Under the pieces are notes generated by a model, which worked only from the letters and a program-made list of their open reading frames with translations, was not told where the DNA came from and searched no databases. From a virus (taxonomy: Duplodnaviria; Caudoviricetes), in IMG/VR virus record IMGVR_UViG_3300008108_000072, positions 1-59,419 of that record: a stretch of 59,419 bases of DNA, one strand, 5' to 3'. Shown here one piece after another: positions 8,601-19,300 of the stretch. Every line of letters begins with the position of its first letter. The stretch's first letter is position 1. Made by a program: the position numbers and the translations under genes.

Positions 8601-11300
8601 AATATATTTTTTAGCTGCCTCAACAATATTATAGTTACTTCCGTATTCAAGGTCTCTAATAAGAGCATTCAGGAAGTGACCAACATCCCTACGACACTTC
8701 TGATCACTTACAGGAATATTAAAACTTGGATAAACTTTTTGTGTAGTTACTCCTTCAATATCACACTCTACAACAATTCCAGCAAGTTTTACTGTACTGT
8801 CTTCGACTAAAGAAGGAATTGGAGCTGATGTAGTAATTGTTGCTTCGCCAGTAACAATATTGTCGTAGACAAAATTGGTAATATTATAATTGGTGCTGTT
8901 GAAAGTTACAGTTCCTCCACTAACATAAGTATGAGCAAATGAAGATCCGCCTAGATAAATTTTGAAACTATTTCCAGAAATTGAATATACTGAAAAATAT
9001 TCCTTTTTAAATTGATCATTGATTTTTCTTACTACTTCATCAGCAATAAAGTCTATATTATTTCTAATTTGTAGACAAGCATCCTGGTATCTTCTTGCTA
9101 CTGGAGTGGCAACAGGAAATTTGTTTGGCGAGTTGAGAAGAGAAATCGTTACAGATTTTGAAGCAGATCTTACAGAAGCAAATTGACCTGGATCTACATT
9201 ACTATCAACAAGATCTGGATATTTTTTAGGAATTACAAATCTTCTTGCTCTACCATCAGCATCTTCAATAATTTTATAAATTCTTTGTTTGCCGTTTAAA
9301 AATGATAAATCTGGCGAAGCTGTTGGAAGACCAGAAATAAGAATTTCTTGACCTTCTTTGTAATTGTGAATATTTTGTCTGCCAACAAGTTGGTTAGTAT
9401 AAAATACAATACCACCTAAATCTTCTGGTGTTCCATAGTCACCAAAACCACCAGTAGCAATTTCTGGATCACCTTGTTTCGAAAAATCAATTCTAATAAT
9501 TGGTAAAGAAGAACTTAAATCTTCATCTGTAAATACTACTTCACCTTCAGCTCTAATTGATTTAATGTCTGTAGAAATGAATTCATATGCTGCTCTTAAG
9601 AAAGTATATCCTACTGAGTTAAGAGTAACAACTCCAGTAGTATGAGATGGAGCAGCATTGCCAGAAGTTCCTGCTGTGGTGATTTGATAAACGTTATCTC
9701 CAGTCCAAACTAATTGTCCCAGTGTGTAGGCTGTATTTGGAGCAAAAGAAACAGTGCCAATTCCGCCATACTGGAATGTTTCCCCTGTACTAAATGTTCC
9801 ACTTACTACAGTAAAATCTACAGAGCCATTGATATAAGCACTTGGACCAATTATATCTTCAAATGATACTGAAGTAAGTAAACCAACAGCACCAGTGTTT
9901 ACACCACGAACTCTTTGACCAGCAGTTAATTCTGTTAAACCTGTGTTGGTTTGGAATGTAGATCTGAATTTTTCTGGACCGAAAATTTGATGACCAATTG
10001 GAAATTCTGTTCCAAAATCTCCATTTGCCGAAACATCGTATTCAATACGTTGCTTGTCGTCAAACACCATAGCATAATCCCATGTAGCAACAGGATCACC
10101 GCTACTGTCAATCTTATCTCTATATGTAACACCAGTTACATAGTTTTTATCTCCAAACTTGAAGATATGTTTTCTAGGGTTATTTGGTCTAATGATAACA
10201 AGACGTAAGTTATCACCTACAACAGAAGCATCTGGAGGAATTGAGATGGGGTTGTCTTCTAAGTAATCTCCTCCAGAAACAACAACTGTTTCTTTAACTC
10301 CTGGAGTAGACCAAGCAATTTGACACGCTCTCTTGATTGTTTTTACGGGAGCGACTGCCGAACGACCATCATTTTCGTCGTTACCAATTTGAGCTGAAAC
10401 ATAAATACGACCACCAACATCATTAGTTGCTAGATTTAGAACGTATTCTGTGGTAGCAATTTTATCAGACTTATCGCCAAGAAGAGGAGTGATTGATCTT
10501 GGGAATAAACCTGATTCTCCAGTCTGACCAAAATAAGGTTGATTAGAATCTACAATTCTAAAACCAATATGTTTAAATTCAACTTCGCCATTTAATTCTA
10601 TACCATCTTCGTGGATAGGAGCACTTGTTCCAGTTTGTCCAGAATTTAATGATTGGTATACATTTGCTTCATGATAATAATAACTATTTTTTTGAACAAT
10701 TGTATTAGATGGCCATTGAGTGCCAGAATTATTTACAAATGTTTTTAAATTTGGTGCTCTAAAGGAGGCGTCTGGAGTAACAAAATTATCAATGTCTAGG
10801 TTTAAAATTCTAGCGGTGTCAGAAATGATAGACGTTGAAGTTCTAATAGCACCATTAATATCTAATTCATAATCTACGGTATCTAGAAAAGCCGTTGCCG
10901 CAGCACCAGATCCATTTCCGCCAGTAATAGTAACAGAAGGAGCTAAAGAATATCCATCACCAGGATCATCAACCACAATAGCAATTACAGAACCATTATT
11001 AATTACGCCAGAAGCTAAAGCTTGTCTTCCTCCAGGAAGATCTGGGGCGCTTAAAGTCACTGTTGGAACTAAAGTATATCCAGTACCACCTTGACCAGTA
11101 TTAATTTTAATACTTTCTACTCTTCTTCCAGTTCTATTAACACCAATTCTAGGCAATCCAGTTTGAGAATCTAACTGGGCTCTAAAAATTTCTTTCTCCG
11201 AAGAACCAGATCCAGACCTAATGGTTAATTCATTAATTCCTACGAGTTTTGGATTAACTGCCTGGATTACTTCCTTATCAGAATTGAATTGAAAACTCAT
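2634..11300 (-). CDS. Very large virion structural / tail-fibre protein
   Basis: 2888 aa; two GLDADxLD fibre motifs, YVSxxxGNDxNDG beta-helix-type start, repeated GxGYTxxPTVT modules, KCRRD repeats, C-terminal SAGPITIGSGYTVTI..W motif. Confidence 0.8.
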   Translation of the reverse strand: MSFQFNSDKEVIQAVNPKLVGINELTIRSGSGSSEKEIFRAQLDSQTGLPRIGVNRTGRRVESIKINTGQGGTGYTLVPTVTLSAPDLPGGRQALASGVINNGSVIAIVVDDPGDGYSLAPSVTITGGNGSGAAATAFLDTVDYELDINGAIRTSTSIISDTARILNLDIDNFVTPDASFRAPNLKTFVNNSGTQWPSNTIVQKNSYYYHEANVYQSLNSGQTGTSAPIHEDGIELNGEVEFKHIGFRIVDSNQPYFGQTGESGLFPRSITPLLGDKSDKIATTEYVLNLATNDVGGRIYVSAQIGNDENDGRSAVAPVKTIKRACQIAWSTPGVKETVVVSGGDYLEDNPISIPPDASVVGDNLRLVIIRPNNPRKHIFKFGDKNYVTGVTYRDKIDSSGDPVATWDYAMVFDDKQRIEYDVSANGDFGTEFPIGHQIFGPEKFRSTFQTNTGLTELTAGQRVRGVNTGAVGLLTSVSFEDIIGPSAYINGSVDFTVVSGTFSTGETFQYGGIGTVSFAPNTAYTLGQLVWTGDNVYQITTAGTSGNAAPSHTTGVVTLNSVGYTFLRAAYEFISTDIKSIRAEGEVVFTDEDLSSSLPIIRIDFSKQGDPEIATGGFGDYGTPEDLGGIVFYTNQLVGRQNIHNYKEGQEILISGLPTASPDLSFLNGKQRIYKIIEDADGRARRFVIPKKYPDLVDSNVDPGQFASVRSASKSVTISLLNSPNKFPVATPVARRYQDACLQIRNNIDFIADEVVRKINDQFKKEYFSVYSISGNSFKIYLGGSSFAHTYVSGGTVTFNSTNYNITNFVYDNIVTGEATITTSAPIPSLVEDSTVKLAGIVVECDIEGVTTQKVYPSFNIPVSDQKCRRDVGHFLNALIRDLEYGSNYNIVEAAKKYISAGQINLVDYEITQTIRAIEYARQLAIYAMRKWRTGNGTPLDPVYTPQYSSIERYFDPTVIDDLSSPACANVASAINTLSYLFVDVLSNSASGTSLDAAYLIARNRDFIADEAYGKTKALYPSLGLSNINERKCRRDINFIITGLLRDLILGGNAGIVTAAESYFTGTALTGIPEAQRDETIYAFNQVRDLCILAMRNWKTAGGAGSTYSALHTIIPLFTDLSILVDTAGTPWCAQIESAITTSFTLLEDILDGTIAPGATTKTYGTLFDTASILSYPDSVIYDANGTIITPRSDYDDYPIIEASPYTQNASVISFLGGGGALIDGSKVKQPNCPFPGLELNGTATYPNQGKSMVAAAFTIVSFGGIGYRIINDGYVQLVSVFVIFCADGVLAESGGYASITNSATNFGIYALRAIGYNNFAYSFDIGTITNVSATPTGRTILTIDGLGREPLEHYIVKIDGYENVNTEIEYYIETVGAVTVGPPFSAQVTIESGSGGGAEFREIATGQAVSTSVLTGKTIRLHRPSIVNSSSHTWEFAGSGTNYNALPENGGVKIEANEQVSQNYGRTYVSGTDELGDFKVGTFARIENRTGNITFTGTVTISEVEFLKLKGGDVVVTGFDASNTLGGANSTDSKLPTQKAVRDYITNNLGPFINKPYSTNAVPRALVELTDSGKISIDQIPPLRPFSVYTVPDQQSRLNIEGALAGDIAIQQDTSTSYILNNDNDSLFVSFAVDPTLQFTIGDVFTGSVSESKIQATEYRQGVVYQINITDAGSGYTTAPVITITGGNPQAGAVQAAATCTIANGQVVTIEIELFNGYIGGKGYTTAPTVTFSAPSGAGTQATGVALIESRLYGDIVNNIKMSEADTIQSSDIPQETININRVVNTSASDNNNWVSLSTNQIAASDITSGVISTSRLANNSDAANSFTFLRGDQSYVPVLQSIKGAETRYFAKLFSQASSGSSQLIFTTNSNTLVGHQVVDNLTGIQANTNINGVVTSGGLTTVSINNPLTSTLAAGTIIEFRRGTSPLVFESSFTQGSFVDNVVIANGGTGFTDGQYFDVPLTGGSGTGLKVNLIVSGGSVVEITVTNSGANYTSDFNVSTAPAQIGGGSGLVLAAKISTVNRQYANTSVDVQRVTDLTISADEFGTIGVARFKKSQFQIGQAGNGSVVLKTGADSGLDADLLDGAQGSYYLNASNLNAGTVSVDRLSGTYNISISGQSGNTLRLITGTSNPTSNPSPSAFSTGIIADTRNNTSNGLNDGGSKNLVVTLRPGGSGFTVDGGIKQLAFTDNDNMWLRGSGTGVESFGSWAKVWTSLNDGPDTGLDADRLDNKQGTWYQNALNINTGTISDNRIPSFQSEKNYQDKLRVLSFTGKPRYKIYVSNRLLNASPFLAGLTVNLYNANAIGVGTILISDITINQDTNDSNNNYTIITGILDTGNFIGAETIGTASNRVPFQDFTISDLDSDANGLPDGTFEAAILESDGGTANLRLGRRDGQASSPGIYFRSSQLAAASFNSAIVATGGNSTNSSGSLDIKVVGPDGVTINGNKIWNAGNVTFNSTNVVSTAVIRDASGNFAAGTITASLTGAASLNVLKAGDTMTGSLTLSGTGSNLTVGGTLGVTGNTTLTANLTVDTNTLFVDATNNSVNIGTVSNASGVKLQVFGDAAADTILRVTATDGTYDPVIQLAANSGFTSEGFELRYDNNVGDVYFKQIFTGLTTTPAFRFSTGNKSDALVITGNGRVGIFGTPNDSYELDVTGDVRASTSLTVGNAASNNGAPLLFLGASGYRNFRIGNQLNANDIFEITPSTDNGGTTWSTTPAIAISGTSSLVGIGTTTFTSTATGSTVTYKLNVEGNININGQVYQNNLPFVTSRWTESSNGLDIHRLSKVGIGLANPSYTLHVGGANNNGLNISGSNFTSGQNISVLYANGDKQWLDTYGVIRVNRKSITENVTISASDNAVSAGPITIGSGYTVTIQEGGVWNII

Positions 11301-11345
11301 TTTACTGGACTGCTCCGACTAGAATCTGTTTGTATTCCTTAAGTA

Positions 11346-11352
11346 TATTTAG
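11346..11352 (-). promoter_or_regulatory. T4-type late promoter (CTAAATA)
   Basis: Intergenic TAAATA core about 45 nt upstream of the 11300 start. Confidence 0.6.
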
Positions 11353-11356
11353 TTTA

Positions 11357-11866
11357 TTAAGACCACAAAATACTAACTACATCAACTGTAGCAATCCATT
11401 TGATAGTATCTGTAGTACCAGCTCTGGTTACAGAATAACTAAATCTATTAGCAGCACCGCCATCAAAAGAACTAACCAACCAAGACTGTCCTTCTGGAAC
11501 ACTATCCTTAATAATAGTGCTCATTCCAGAAAGCTCTTGTACATTTCCGACAGCATTACAAGTAACATTACTTTCAATTTTTACCGAATAATGACCACCA
11601 CCTGTAGTATTAACTCCAATAACATGAGCAGTTATAAAATTAACTGTATTATTTGGCAAAATAATTTGTGAATCTGTATTATCTAAAGATAGAATAGAAG
11701 TATTTAGACCTCTTAAAATATATTGAGTTCTAGAACTATCACTAAAATTACTATTTTTTAGTTCTAATGTATTGACATTTTTGACATCTTTTGTGTTATT
11801 TACTATAGTTGTTTTATCTATAGAAAATCCACCAACAGAATCAAATTCTTTTAAATTAGTAGCCAT
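11357..11866 (-). CDS. Virion structural protein (hypothetical)
   Basis: 169-aa ORF tightly coupled within the tail/baseplate operon. Confidence 0.75.
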   Translation of the reverse strand: MATNLKEFDSVGGFSIDKTTIVNNTKDVKNVNTLELKNSNFSDSSRTQYILRGLNTSILSLDNTDSQIILPNNTVNFITAHVIGVNTTGGGHYSVKIESNVTCNAVGNVQELSGMSTIIKDSVPEGQSWLVSSFDGGAANRFSYSVTRAGTTDTIKWIATVDVVSILWS

Positions 11867-11868
11867 TG

Positions 11869-14800
11869 TTATTTCTTAATTATGGTTTTTACTACAGTAA
11901 TATTTACTTGATCATTTGTGGTAACAAGGTCATCAAGTTCAATATTTAATCTGACATCACCTTGAGCATTAAAATCAAAAGTTATATTTACTAAAGTATC
12001 TCCAGTAGTTACGTTTCCATATTCTGAGTTAAAAATATCAGTATCTTTATCAATGATAGTAAATTCCATCATTTCTGTTGTGTTGTCAGTAATGTTATGA
12101 GCACATACTAAAACTTTTGCTCCTGAAGCAGATAATGGCGAATATAAATCAGTTGCTCCTGTGTTAGTGGTTCCTTTGATTAATTCAATATCTGTGGTAG
12201 ATAATTTAGTATCATCTAATTCAAAATCTTTAAGTTCTTTTGACAGAACAATTATATCGTCAGTAGTGCCATCGCCAAAAGCTTTATTAACAATAAACTC
12301 ACCGAAAGTATTCATTCTTAAAAGATAATCATTATTAAGACCAACTGAAAGACCTAAATCTAAATTATCCTTTGTTGAAGAAATAAATGTAGATGTACTA
12401 GTATTATCAATTGAAGCAGATAGATTGTCAAATGTTATTAAACCAGCATCAATTGCTAATGAATTGACAGTAGATGTTATTTTTGAAATAGATTCAAATT
12501 TTAAATCTGTCTTAGATAATTTTAAAGTATTTTCGCCATCATTATAAAAATATAAAATATTTTCGTTGGCACCAGGAACAGATTCTGGAATAATATATGT
12601 ATTTCCATCTACGTCCTTCACCCCACCTAAACTTGTCCAATTAACTCCGTTGTAACCCTCGAATTGAGTAATTGTGGTGTTATATCTAATAGAACCTTGT
12701 GCTGCCAATCCTCTTGTATTGCTATCACCAGAAGGAATGACCAACGATGTCATAGCATCTATAGTTACCTTTTTGCCAGAATTTGGTCTTAGTACCAAAT
12801 CATTAACATCAGTTGAAACTATATTATTAGCTAATCTAAGATCACTATTAATTACTAACGGAAGATTACCATTGGGACCAACTCTTAGTTCTGAAATTTG
12901 ATCAAATGTTAGTGGAGAAACAGCAGACGAATACCAAGTTAATGTCGCTGATCCATTTGATTGAGTGCCTGTTGTATGAATTGGCTCTGTTCCAGAAGTT
13001 CCTGTTGAACCTGCCTGGGTGACTTCATAAAGATTATTTCTATATTTTACAAATTGGCCTAATGATACTGGGGTGTTTGCTGCCCATTCAGTATATAATG
13101 GCAGATTTATATCTAGTGAACGTAAAGTTTTTACAGTATTAAAATCTAAATGTGTTCTTGTTAATTTTAATGTGTTGTTGCCATCATTATAGAAATATAA
13201 AATATTGTCATTGGCTCCTGTAAATGCTTCTGCCGCAATAAAAGTATTGCCATCTAAATCTCGTACACCACCCAATGATGACCAAGAGGAAGTAGTGGCA
13301 CTATATCCTTCATATTGATTGGTGTCTATATTAAATCTAATAGCACCATTTTCAGCTAAAGCCCCCGATGGTCTTTGAGCAGACGAACCAGCGGGAATAA
13401 TAAAGGCAGAAGATGAAACTATCTTTGCTAATCTTCCAGTTGCTGGAGATATTTTTATGTCATTTCCAGAAGTAGAAGAAACAGTATCATTTGCTAATGT
13501 TAATATATTACTGATATTTAATGAAGAGTTAGTTCTAATAATACCTGATGTAGTTATATTTCCAGTAGAATCAACAATTTGTATTGTTGAACCAATATTC
13601 AATGGACTATTTAATGAAGTTGAAGTAGCGTCAATTTGTAAATTGGTTGAAGATATTCCAGATACTGTTAGATCTGTTGTTTCTACGGTATCGGCAGTTA
13701 CAGTTTGGGATACGCTAAGATTAGTAAAAACTGCTTCTGGAGCAGTAAATTTTAAAGCAGATAATTCTCCAGTAGTTACGTTACCAACTATTACATCATT
13801 TACTAGAATTTCATTTACTTGAACAGAAAAACCCTGACCAAACTGTTTAGGGTTATTGGGATTTATTGTTAACAGTGCTTCTTCGTTATCATAACCACCC
13901 TCATCTACGTGGGAAACATTATTTACAGCACAATAATAATATAAATTTGGGGTGGTTTCAGTAACTTTTATTGTTAAACTATTGGAAGATGAGGTAACTC
14001 CATCAGTATAAGAAACACCTCTAAATGATAATACAGCAGCGCCTGAAGTTGTGGGGAAAGAAGTTAGTGTTAATGTAGTTGAATTTAATACTTGATCTAC
14101 AAAAGTTCCATTAGAAATTTGGCCGTCTCCAGATTCTAGAATGACTTCCATTCCAGGCAATATACCTGTAGTATCAGAAACAGTAATTTGTTTGGTGGAA
14201 ATGGATAAAGTTGTAGATAAATCTTGAATATAGCTAGGACCCCAAATACCATCTCTATATTTACTTAGAGCGAATTGATGAGATTGGTTTGAAGTATCTG
14301 ATAAATCAAATTTATATACACTTCCTACATATAATGTAATTGGAGGACTTATTTGATAACCACTACCGATATCAATAAAATATCTGTATTGTCTTCCCGA
14401 AGCGTTTGATAATTGATATGTTGTAGAAGATCCAGTTTTAACAATTAAATCTGATGAAGATATTTGTGAATCATAATCTACTAAAATGTAATCAATATTA
14501 GATCCTGTTGTTTTTACATAATGAACAGTAAGATCTGTTGTTGTAGAGACGGCATCTACTGTCAATACAATATTATCTGCTGGAGTAGAACCACCAACAT
14601 TTGCTCCAGGTATTGTTACTGTGCCTCCTTCAACATATAAAACGCCACCAGATGAAATAGTTACGTTAGAAACATTTCCCGTTGGATCTCTAGAAACGTT
14701 AAATGTGGCACCACTACCCGTAGTACTGGTTGAGGAAACTCCTGAATATGTGTTGCCACCTTCGCCAGAAATATTTGAAGATGATGAAATAGTTATAGCT

Positions 14801-16158
14801 TCTATTTCTCCATCTGCTTTCTTTACAGTATTGCCGACCTGAAAAACTGTGCTAGAAATTGTATTAGCAAACTGTAATTTTTGAATACTTTTATTTTGTA
14901 CTGGATATTCAATTGGCTGTACTAAATCTCTAGAATCTACCGTTAAAACGTCTAAATTTGTATATCCAGATCCACCATCATTAATATCATATTCTTCGAT
15001 AGCACCTAAAACTTCAACTAAATACGAAAAATTGGTAGCTGGCTCTCCGAATGGAGGAATAAATTTTAATGTAGCTGATCCAGAAGTTGATGGTAATTCG
15101 GATAATGTAACTGTGTTTAAAGCTGGGTTGATTGATAATACTACAGTTCCAGCAGCTACTTGCCCTGTTCCCGAAACAGATTCTACAAGATATCCAGAAT
15201 TAATGCCACTAGTATCTAATCCTGTTACAGTAATGTCTGTAGAAGTATTATCTAATGTGGTAGTTTTTGTGACAGGAGATGGTAGCAATAAAACATCATT
15301 TATTTGATACCCAGAACCTTTGGAATCAAATTCAAATGAAGTAACTTGACCAGGATTATTTGAAACAGTTAATACTAATCCAGAACCAGTTCCTCCCAAA
15401 TCAGCGTTATTGATTGATAATGTATCTCCATTCGAATAACCAGAACCAGAATTTGTTATAGTAATAGTTTCAATTGCTCCTGTTGTGTTATTAATAAACA
15501 CAGAAGCTTCTGCCCCAGATCCAGAAGAAGAAATATTAGTTAATGGTACATTATTGAAAGTTGGTATGATAGGACTACCACCATACGAAGTACCGCCGTT
15601 TGTGATTGATACTTCTAAGTCAGAGACGTTGAAATTTACTGATGCGTTTGATCCACTACCACCAACCAAAAGAATGTTATTATAAATTCCGCCAATATAA
15701 CCAGAACCAGAATTTGTAATACTACCAGAAAATTCCGTTACAGTTAAATCTATCGTTGCTTCTTGACCTGTTCCTCCCAATAAAGCAACATCTGTATATG
15801 TTCCTGGATCGTAATTAGAACCAAAATTTGTAACTAAAATTCCAGATGTTTGTAAAGAATTTTTTTGTACAACTAAATCTCTAAAAGAATAAAAAGCCTC
15901 TAAAGAAAAATTAGAAAGAATTTTTCCATCACTAACATAACCTAAAGTTTTTTGTGATGGTTTATAAATTCCTAAAGTGGCATCTGATAAAAAAGCTAAA
16001 GCAGGAGAAGTTCTAGTCCCATCACCTAATTTCAAATTTCCTGTAGATAAATCGCTGCCACCACTTTGAATGTCATAAACATCAGAAGCAACTTGATTTA
16101 CTTTTTGCCTAAAAATTTCAAAGGTGTCGGTTTTAGCAACGGATCTAAGAACTGCCAT
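11869..16158 (-). CDS. gp9: Baseplate wedge tail-fibre connector-like structural protein
   Basis: N-terminal VAKTDTFEIFRQKVN motif; tandem GxIRxNxxxxQxEGY..WxSLGGVxDxDGNT repeats; synteny. Confidence 0.55.
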   Translation of the reverse strand: MAVLRSVAKTDTFEIFRQKVNQVASDVYDIQSGGSDLSTGNLKLGDGTRTSPALAFLSDATLGIYKPSQKTLGYVSDGKILSNFSLEAFYSFRDLVVQKNSLQTSGILVTNFGSNYDPGTYTDVALLGGTGQEATIDLTVTEFSGSITNSGSGYIGGIYNNILLVGGSGSNASVNFNVSDLEVSITNGGTSYGGSPIIPTFNNVPLTNISSSGSGAEASVFINNTTGAIETITITNSGSGYSNGDTLSINNADLGGTGSGLVLTVSNNPGQVTSFEFDSKGSGYQINDVLLLPSPVTKTTTLDNTSTDITVTGLDTSGINSGYLVESVSGTGQVAAGTVVLSINPALNTVTLSELPSTSGSATLKFIPPFGEPATNFSYLVEVLGAIEEYDINDGGSGYTNLDVLTVDSRDLVQPIEYPVQNKSIQKLQFANTISSTVFQVGNTVKKADGEIEAITISSSSNISGEGGNTYSGVSSTSTTGSGATFNVSRDPTGNVSNVTISSGGVLYVEGGTVTIPGANVGGSTPADNIVLTVDAVSTTTDLTVHYVKTTGSNIDYILVDYDSQISSSDLIVKTGSSTTYQLSNASGRQYRYFIDIGSGYQISPPITLYVGSVYKFDLSDTSNQSHQFALSKYRDGIWGPSYIQDLSTTLSISTKQITVSDTTGILPGMEVILESGDGQISNGTFVDQVLNSTTLTLTSFPTTSGAAVLSFRGVSYTDGVTSSSNSLTIKVTETTPNLYYYCAVNNVSHVDEGGYDNEEALLTINPNNPKQFGQGFSVQVNEILVNDVIVGNVTTGELSALKFTAPEAVFTNLSVSQTVTADTVETTDLTVSGISSTNLQIDATSTSLNSPLNIGSTIQIVDSTGNITTSGIIRTNSSLNISNILTLANDTVSSTSGNDIKISPATGRLAKIVSSSAFIIPAGSSAQRPSGALAENGAIRFNIDTNQYEGYSATTSSWSSLGGVRDLDGNTFIAAEAFTGANDNILYFYNDGNNTLKLTRTHLDFNTVKTLRSLDINLPLYTEWAANTPVSLGQFVKYRNNLYEVTQAGSTGTSGTEPIHTTGTQSNGSATLTWYSSAVSPLTFDQISELRVGPNGNLPLVINSDLRLANNIVSTDVNDLVLRPNSGKKVTIDAMTSLVIPSGDSNTRGLAAQGSIRYNTTITQFEGYNGVNWTSLGGVKDVDGNTYIIPESVPGANENILYFYNDGENTLKLSKTDLKFESISKITSTVNSLAIDAGLITFDNLSASIDNTSTSTFISSTKDNLDLGLSVGLNNDYLLRMNTFGEFIVNKAFGDGTTDDIIVLSKELKDFELDDTKLSTTDIELIKGTTNTGATDLYSPLSASGAKVLVCAHNITDNTTEMMEFTIIDKDTDIFNSEYGNVTTGDTLVNITFDFNAQGDVRLNIELDDLVTTNDQVNITVVKTIIKK

Positions 16159-16351
16159 TTCTTACTATCTCTCTAAGAAGCTTTTTGATTTCAGATATTT
16201 CTTCCTTCAAAGTATTTATGTCATCAATAGCATTATTAAATTGCCTAGAGAAGTTTTTGGGAGCTGGTTTGTCTGTGTTGACAATAGCTCCCGTTGTAGC
16301 ATCTCTGTACAAATTTTCGTGACCTTCGACTTTAATATAACGAGAATTCAT
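16145..16351 (-). CDS. Conserved small hypothetical protein
   Basis: KVEGHENLYRDxxTGAIVN motif with coiled-coil C-terminus, typical after VrlC in cyanomyoviruses. Confidence 0.8.
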   Translation of the reverse strand: MNSRYIKVEGHENLYRDATTGAIVNTDKPAPKNFSRQFNNAIDDINTLKEEISEIKKLLREIVRNGSS

Positions 16352-19300
16352 TAGTAAGAAGCAACAGCACGTAGATCTTGGATTTTTGGTGGATATGATG
16401 GATCATTAGTTTTCATCACAAGTTTAATAGCAAATGAATTAAACTCTGGTAAATTTGAAGCACTATATTTTAATTCTTGGTATGAAGATTGACTTTCGAT
16501 TTGACCAGAAATTGTATTTGTGTAAGTAGCCAAGTCATTGTTATCTGGATTACCATCAATATTAAAGTAATTCCATTCAACATCTTCAAAGTTTACTTGA
16601 CTTGAAGATTCTTTAATTCTGTAAAGAAGTTTAACATTAGAAATATCTTTCACGTTGACAGTCAATCTAACATCAACTGATGTTCCAGGCTGGTTGATGG
16701 CAATTTCTTTGGTCACATATTTAGCTATAGAAGAGCTATTGATAGCTGCTTTTTCAGAAACAAAATCAACACCCTCACTAAATTCCATAGATCCAATCTC
16801 AACAAACTCTTCTTCCCCAAAACCAATACCTTCATAGTAAAGAGTATCTCCAACTCTAAAGATATCTGGGGATTGGTTATCTAATTCAGGGTCTCTTGAG
16901 AAAGCACTGCCCAAAGTAATCTTACTTACATAATCATTATTAATAGGTGCCTTGTCATTTTCAATAATTAATTTTCTTGAAGCAGAATCCCAATTAATTA
17001 TTTTTCCACTAATTTTATTGTCATATTTTTCGTTTGTAGCACTTGGATTAAATGCCACAATGGTTGAATTAATTTCAAAACTGAAAGATTCTTGAATGAT
17101 ACTATTATTGGCAATTGAAATATCTACTCCTTCCAAGATACCACCATCTTGTGACTGAGTTGATAGGAAAATATATTCTTGTTGGGTGAAAGATGATGGT
17201 GATGTAACTTTGACCCAAATACGCTGCCCCTCGGCTTTAACAATTTTTCCTTTTGCCCCAGAAGTCAATCCTTCTACAGTTTGATTGATCTCAATATTTT
17301 CATTTGTACCGTTAACTAAGAATTGATATACAGGTAAGAAAGTTAGAATTTGATATCTCTTACCAAATCTATCTTCTTTGCCATTGGCATCTTCAATTCT
17401 ATTTGTAGATGTTTTAACAGAAGCGACACGAAGATCAATCACTGGAGATAAGTAAGAAACACTAGAAGAAAGCTGTACTTTATAAGTAAGCGATCTATCT
17501 ACAGAGTTTAGGATTTCATTAATTCTTGAAGCAATTACTTTTTGATTTGTGAAGAATTGCTCTTCATTAATAAAAGTTTTTTCGAAATCTGTTTGTGTAT
17601 ATGATCTATAATTTTGTGTATTTGAATCAACGGGGATAATGTTGGTTGTTTTTACAAAAGTTTCAATTTTTGTATTTGGAGCTTGAATATAATTGATGTG
17701 AGCATATAATTTTTCAAATTTTCTGTTGTATGATACGAGTCCAGAATTACCACCACCAAGTGAATTGGCACTAGCTCTAGTAGGTCCTACAATGTTGTAA
17801 TAATCTACACCAGAGTTAGAAATTTTAAATAGCGTAGAATTTAGTGAACTTCCTTTAAATCCACCTACATCTTTTAATGATTTGAAGAACACGTAAGATT
17901 TCCCAGAATCTTCAAAACCATTGTCTCTATGCTTTACTTTAATAATAGAATTATTATTTTTGAATAGTGGTGAAGTAGCATTGGTATTGGCTAAAGCGTA
18001 GGTTTCAATTGGATCTAATTCTAATTTTTCGTAGCCAAGATTATCATTTGTCAATAACAATTCAGCAGTTCTGCTGATATCAAATTCTGCTCTATAAAGT
18101 GTAAATTTAATATCTTCAAAAAGATCTTGAGTCCAGTTATCTGTATTTTGTGATTTGTATACAGAACCTAGGAGAGGTTGAGTAGTAACTGACACACCAG
18201 TGGATACGTCAGTTTCTGTCAATCTAGAAGCCCAAAGAGTATAGTCAGTTGAATCAGTTTCGATCGCTAACGTATATTCTGTATCATTTTGTAGATAAAC
18301 TGGATGTCTAAAATTAAATCTTGTTGGCGTGGTTGAAGGTGTTACACCAGCAGCGTCAATGGCTACACCCATTCTTACAGCTGGAGTGTCAATTTCAATA
18401 ACTGATTCAATTACAGCACCACTAAAACCATTTCCTGTGCCACGAATGACAACTGATGGGGGTTCAGTATATCCACTTCCACCGATAGAAATTTCAGTGT
18501 TATAAATTTTTCCATTAGAAACATCTACTGTTCCTGTGGCAGTACTGCCACCTGGAAGTTGAGGGCTTTCAATAGTTAAGATAGCACTTTGATAATTTGT
18601 GCCAACACTCTTAATCTTCAAATCAACAACTTTACCAGAATCTTTGGCAATTCGTAGAGTTAAATTTTGAGCAGTTTTATTATTGAATAGAGTTACCGAT
18701 GGAACTTCGATAAGTTCATTTTGCTGGAAAGCAATTCCGTTATGATTATCTAGTACTAAAGTATATACTTGTTCGTTATTGAGAGAAATTTCTCCAGTTG
18801 TTGAAGGTAATACTTCAATATTATTTTTATCTAATACTTTTAGAATAGGACCTTCTGCTCCAGAACTTTTACCTCTTACTTTTTCCCCAACTACTATTGA
18901 TAGATTTCCGCTAGCAAAAATTTTTAAATATGTATTTGGAAGTAAAGTAGTTTCTGTTCCTGGAACAATATACTTTCCTGGCTTGCCGACATCAATGTTA
19001 GTCAAATAAATTCTGACTGGAATATTTTTGCTCTTTGAACTGAAATATAAATCAACGCCAGTAGCAAATAATCCGCCGTCAAAATTTTCTACATTAAATG
19101 TTTGTGTTAAAGGACTTGGCTTTTCTTTACTGCTTGTTGATTGATCTACTAGTTGAATACCTTCATTAGCTTTAAAATAAGCAGGTACTGTAGAAATAAT
19201 ACTGGAAGGATTTTCTGGAAGTGTGCCAGAAGAATAGAACTTAGTTTCTGTGTAAGTATCTACTTTGTCCTTAGCTTCATCAGTAGAGCTTGAAGTAAAT

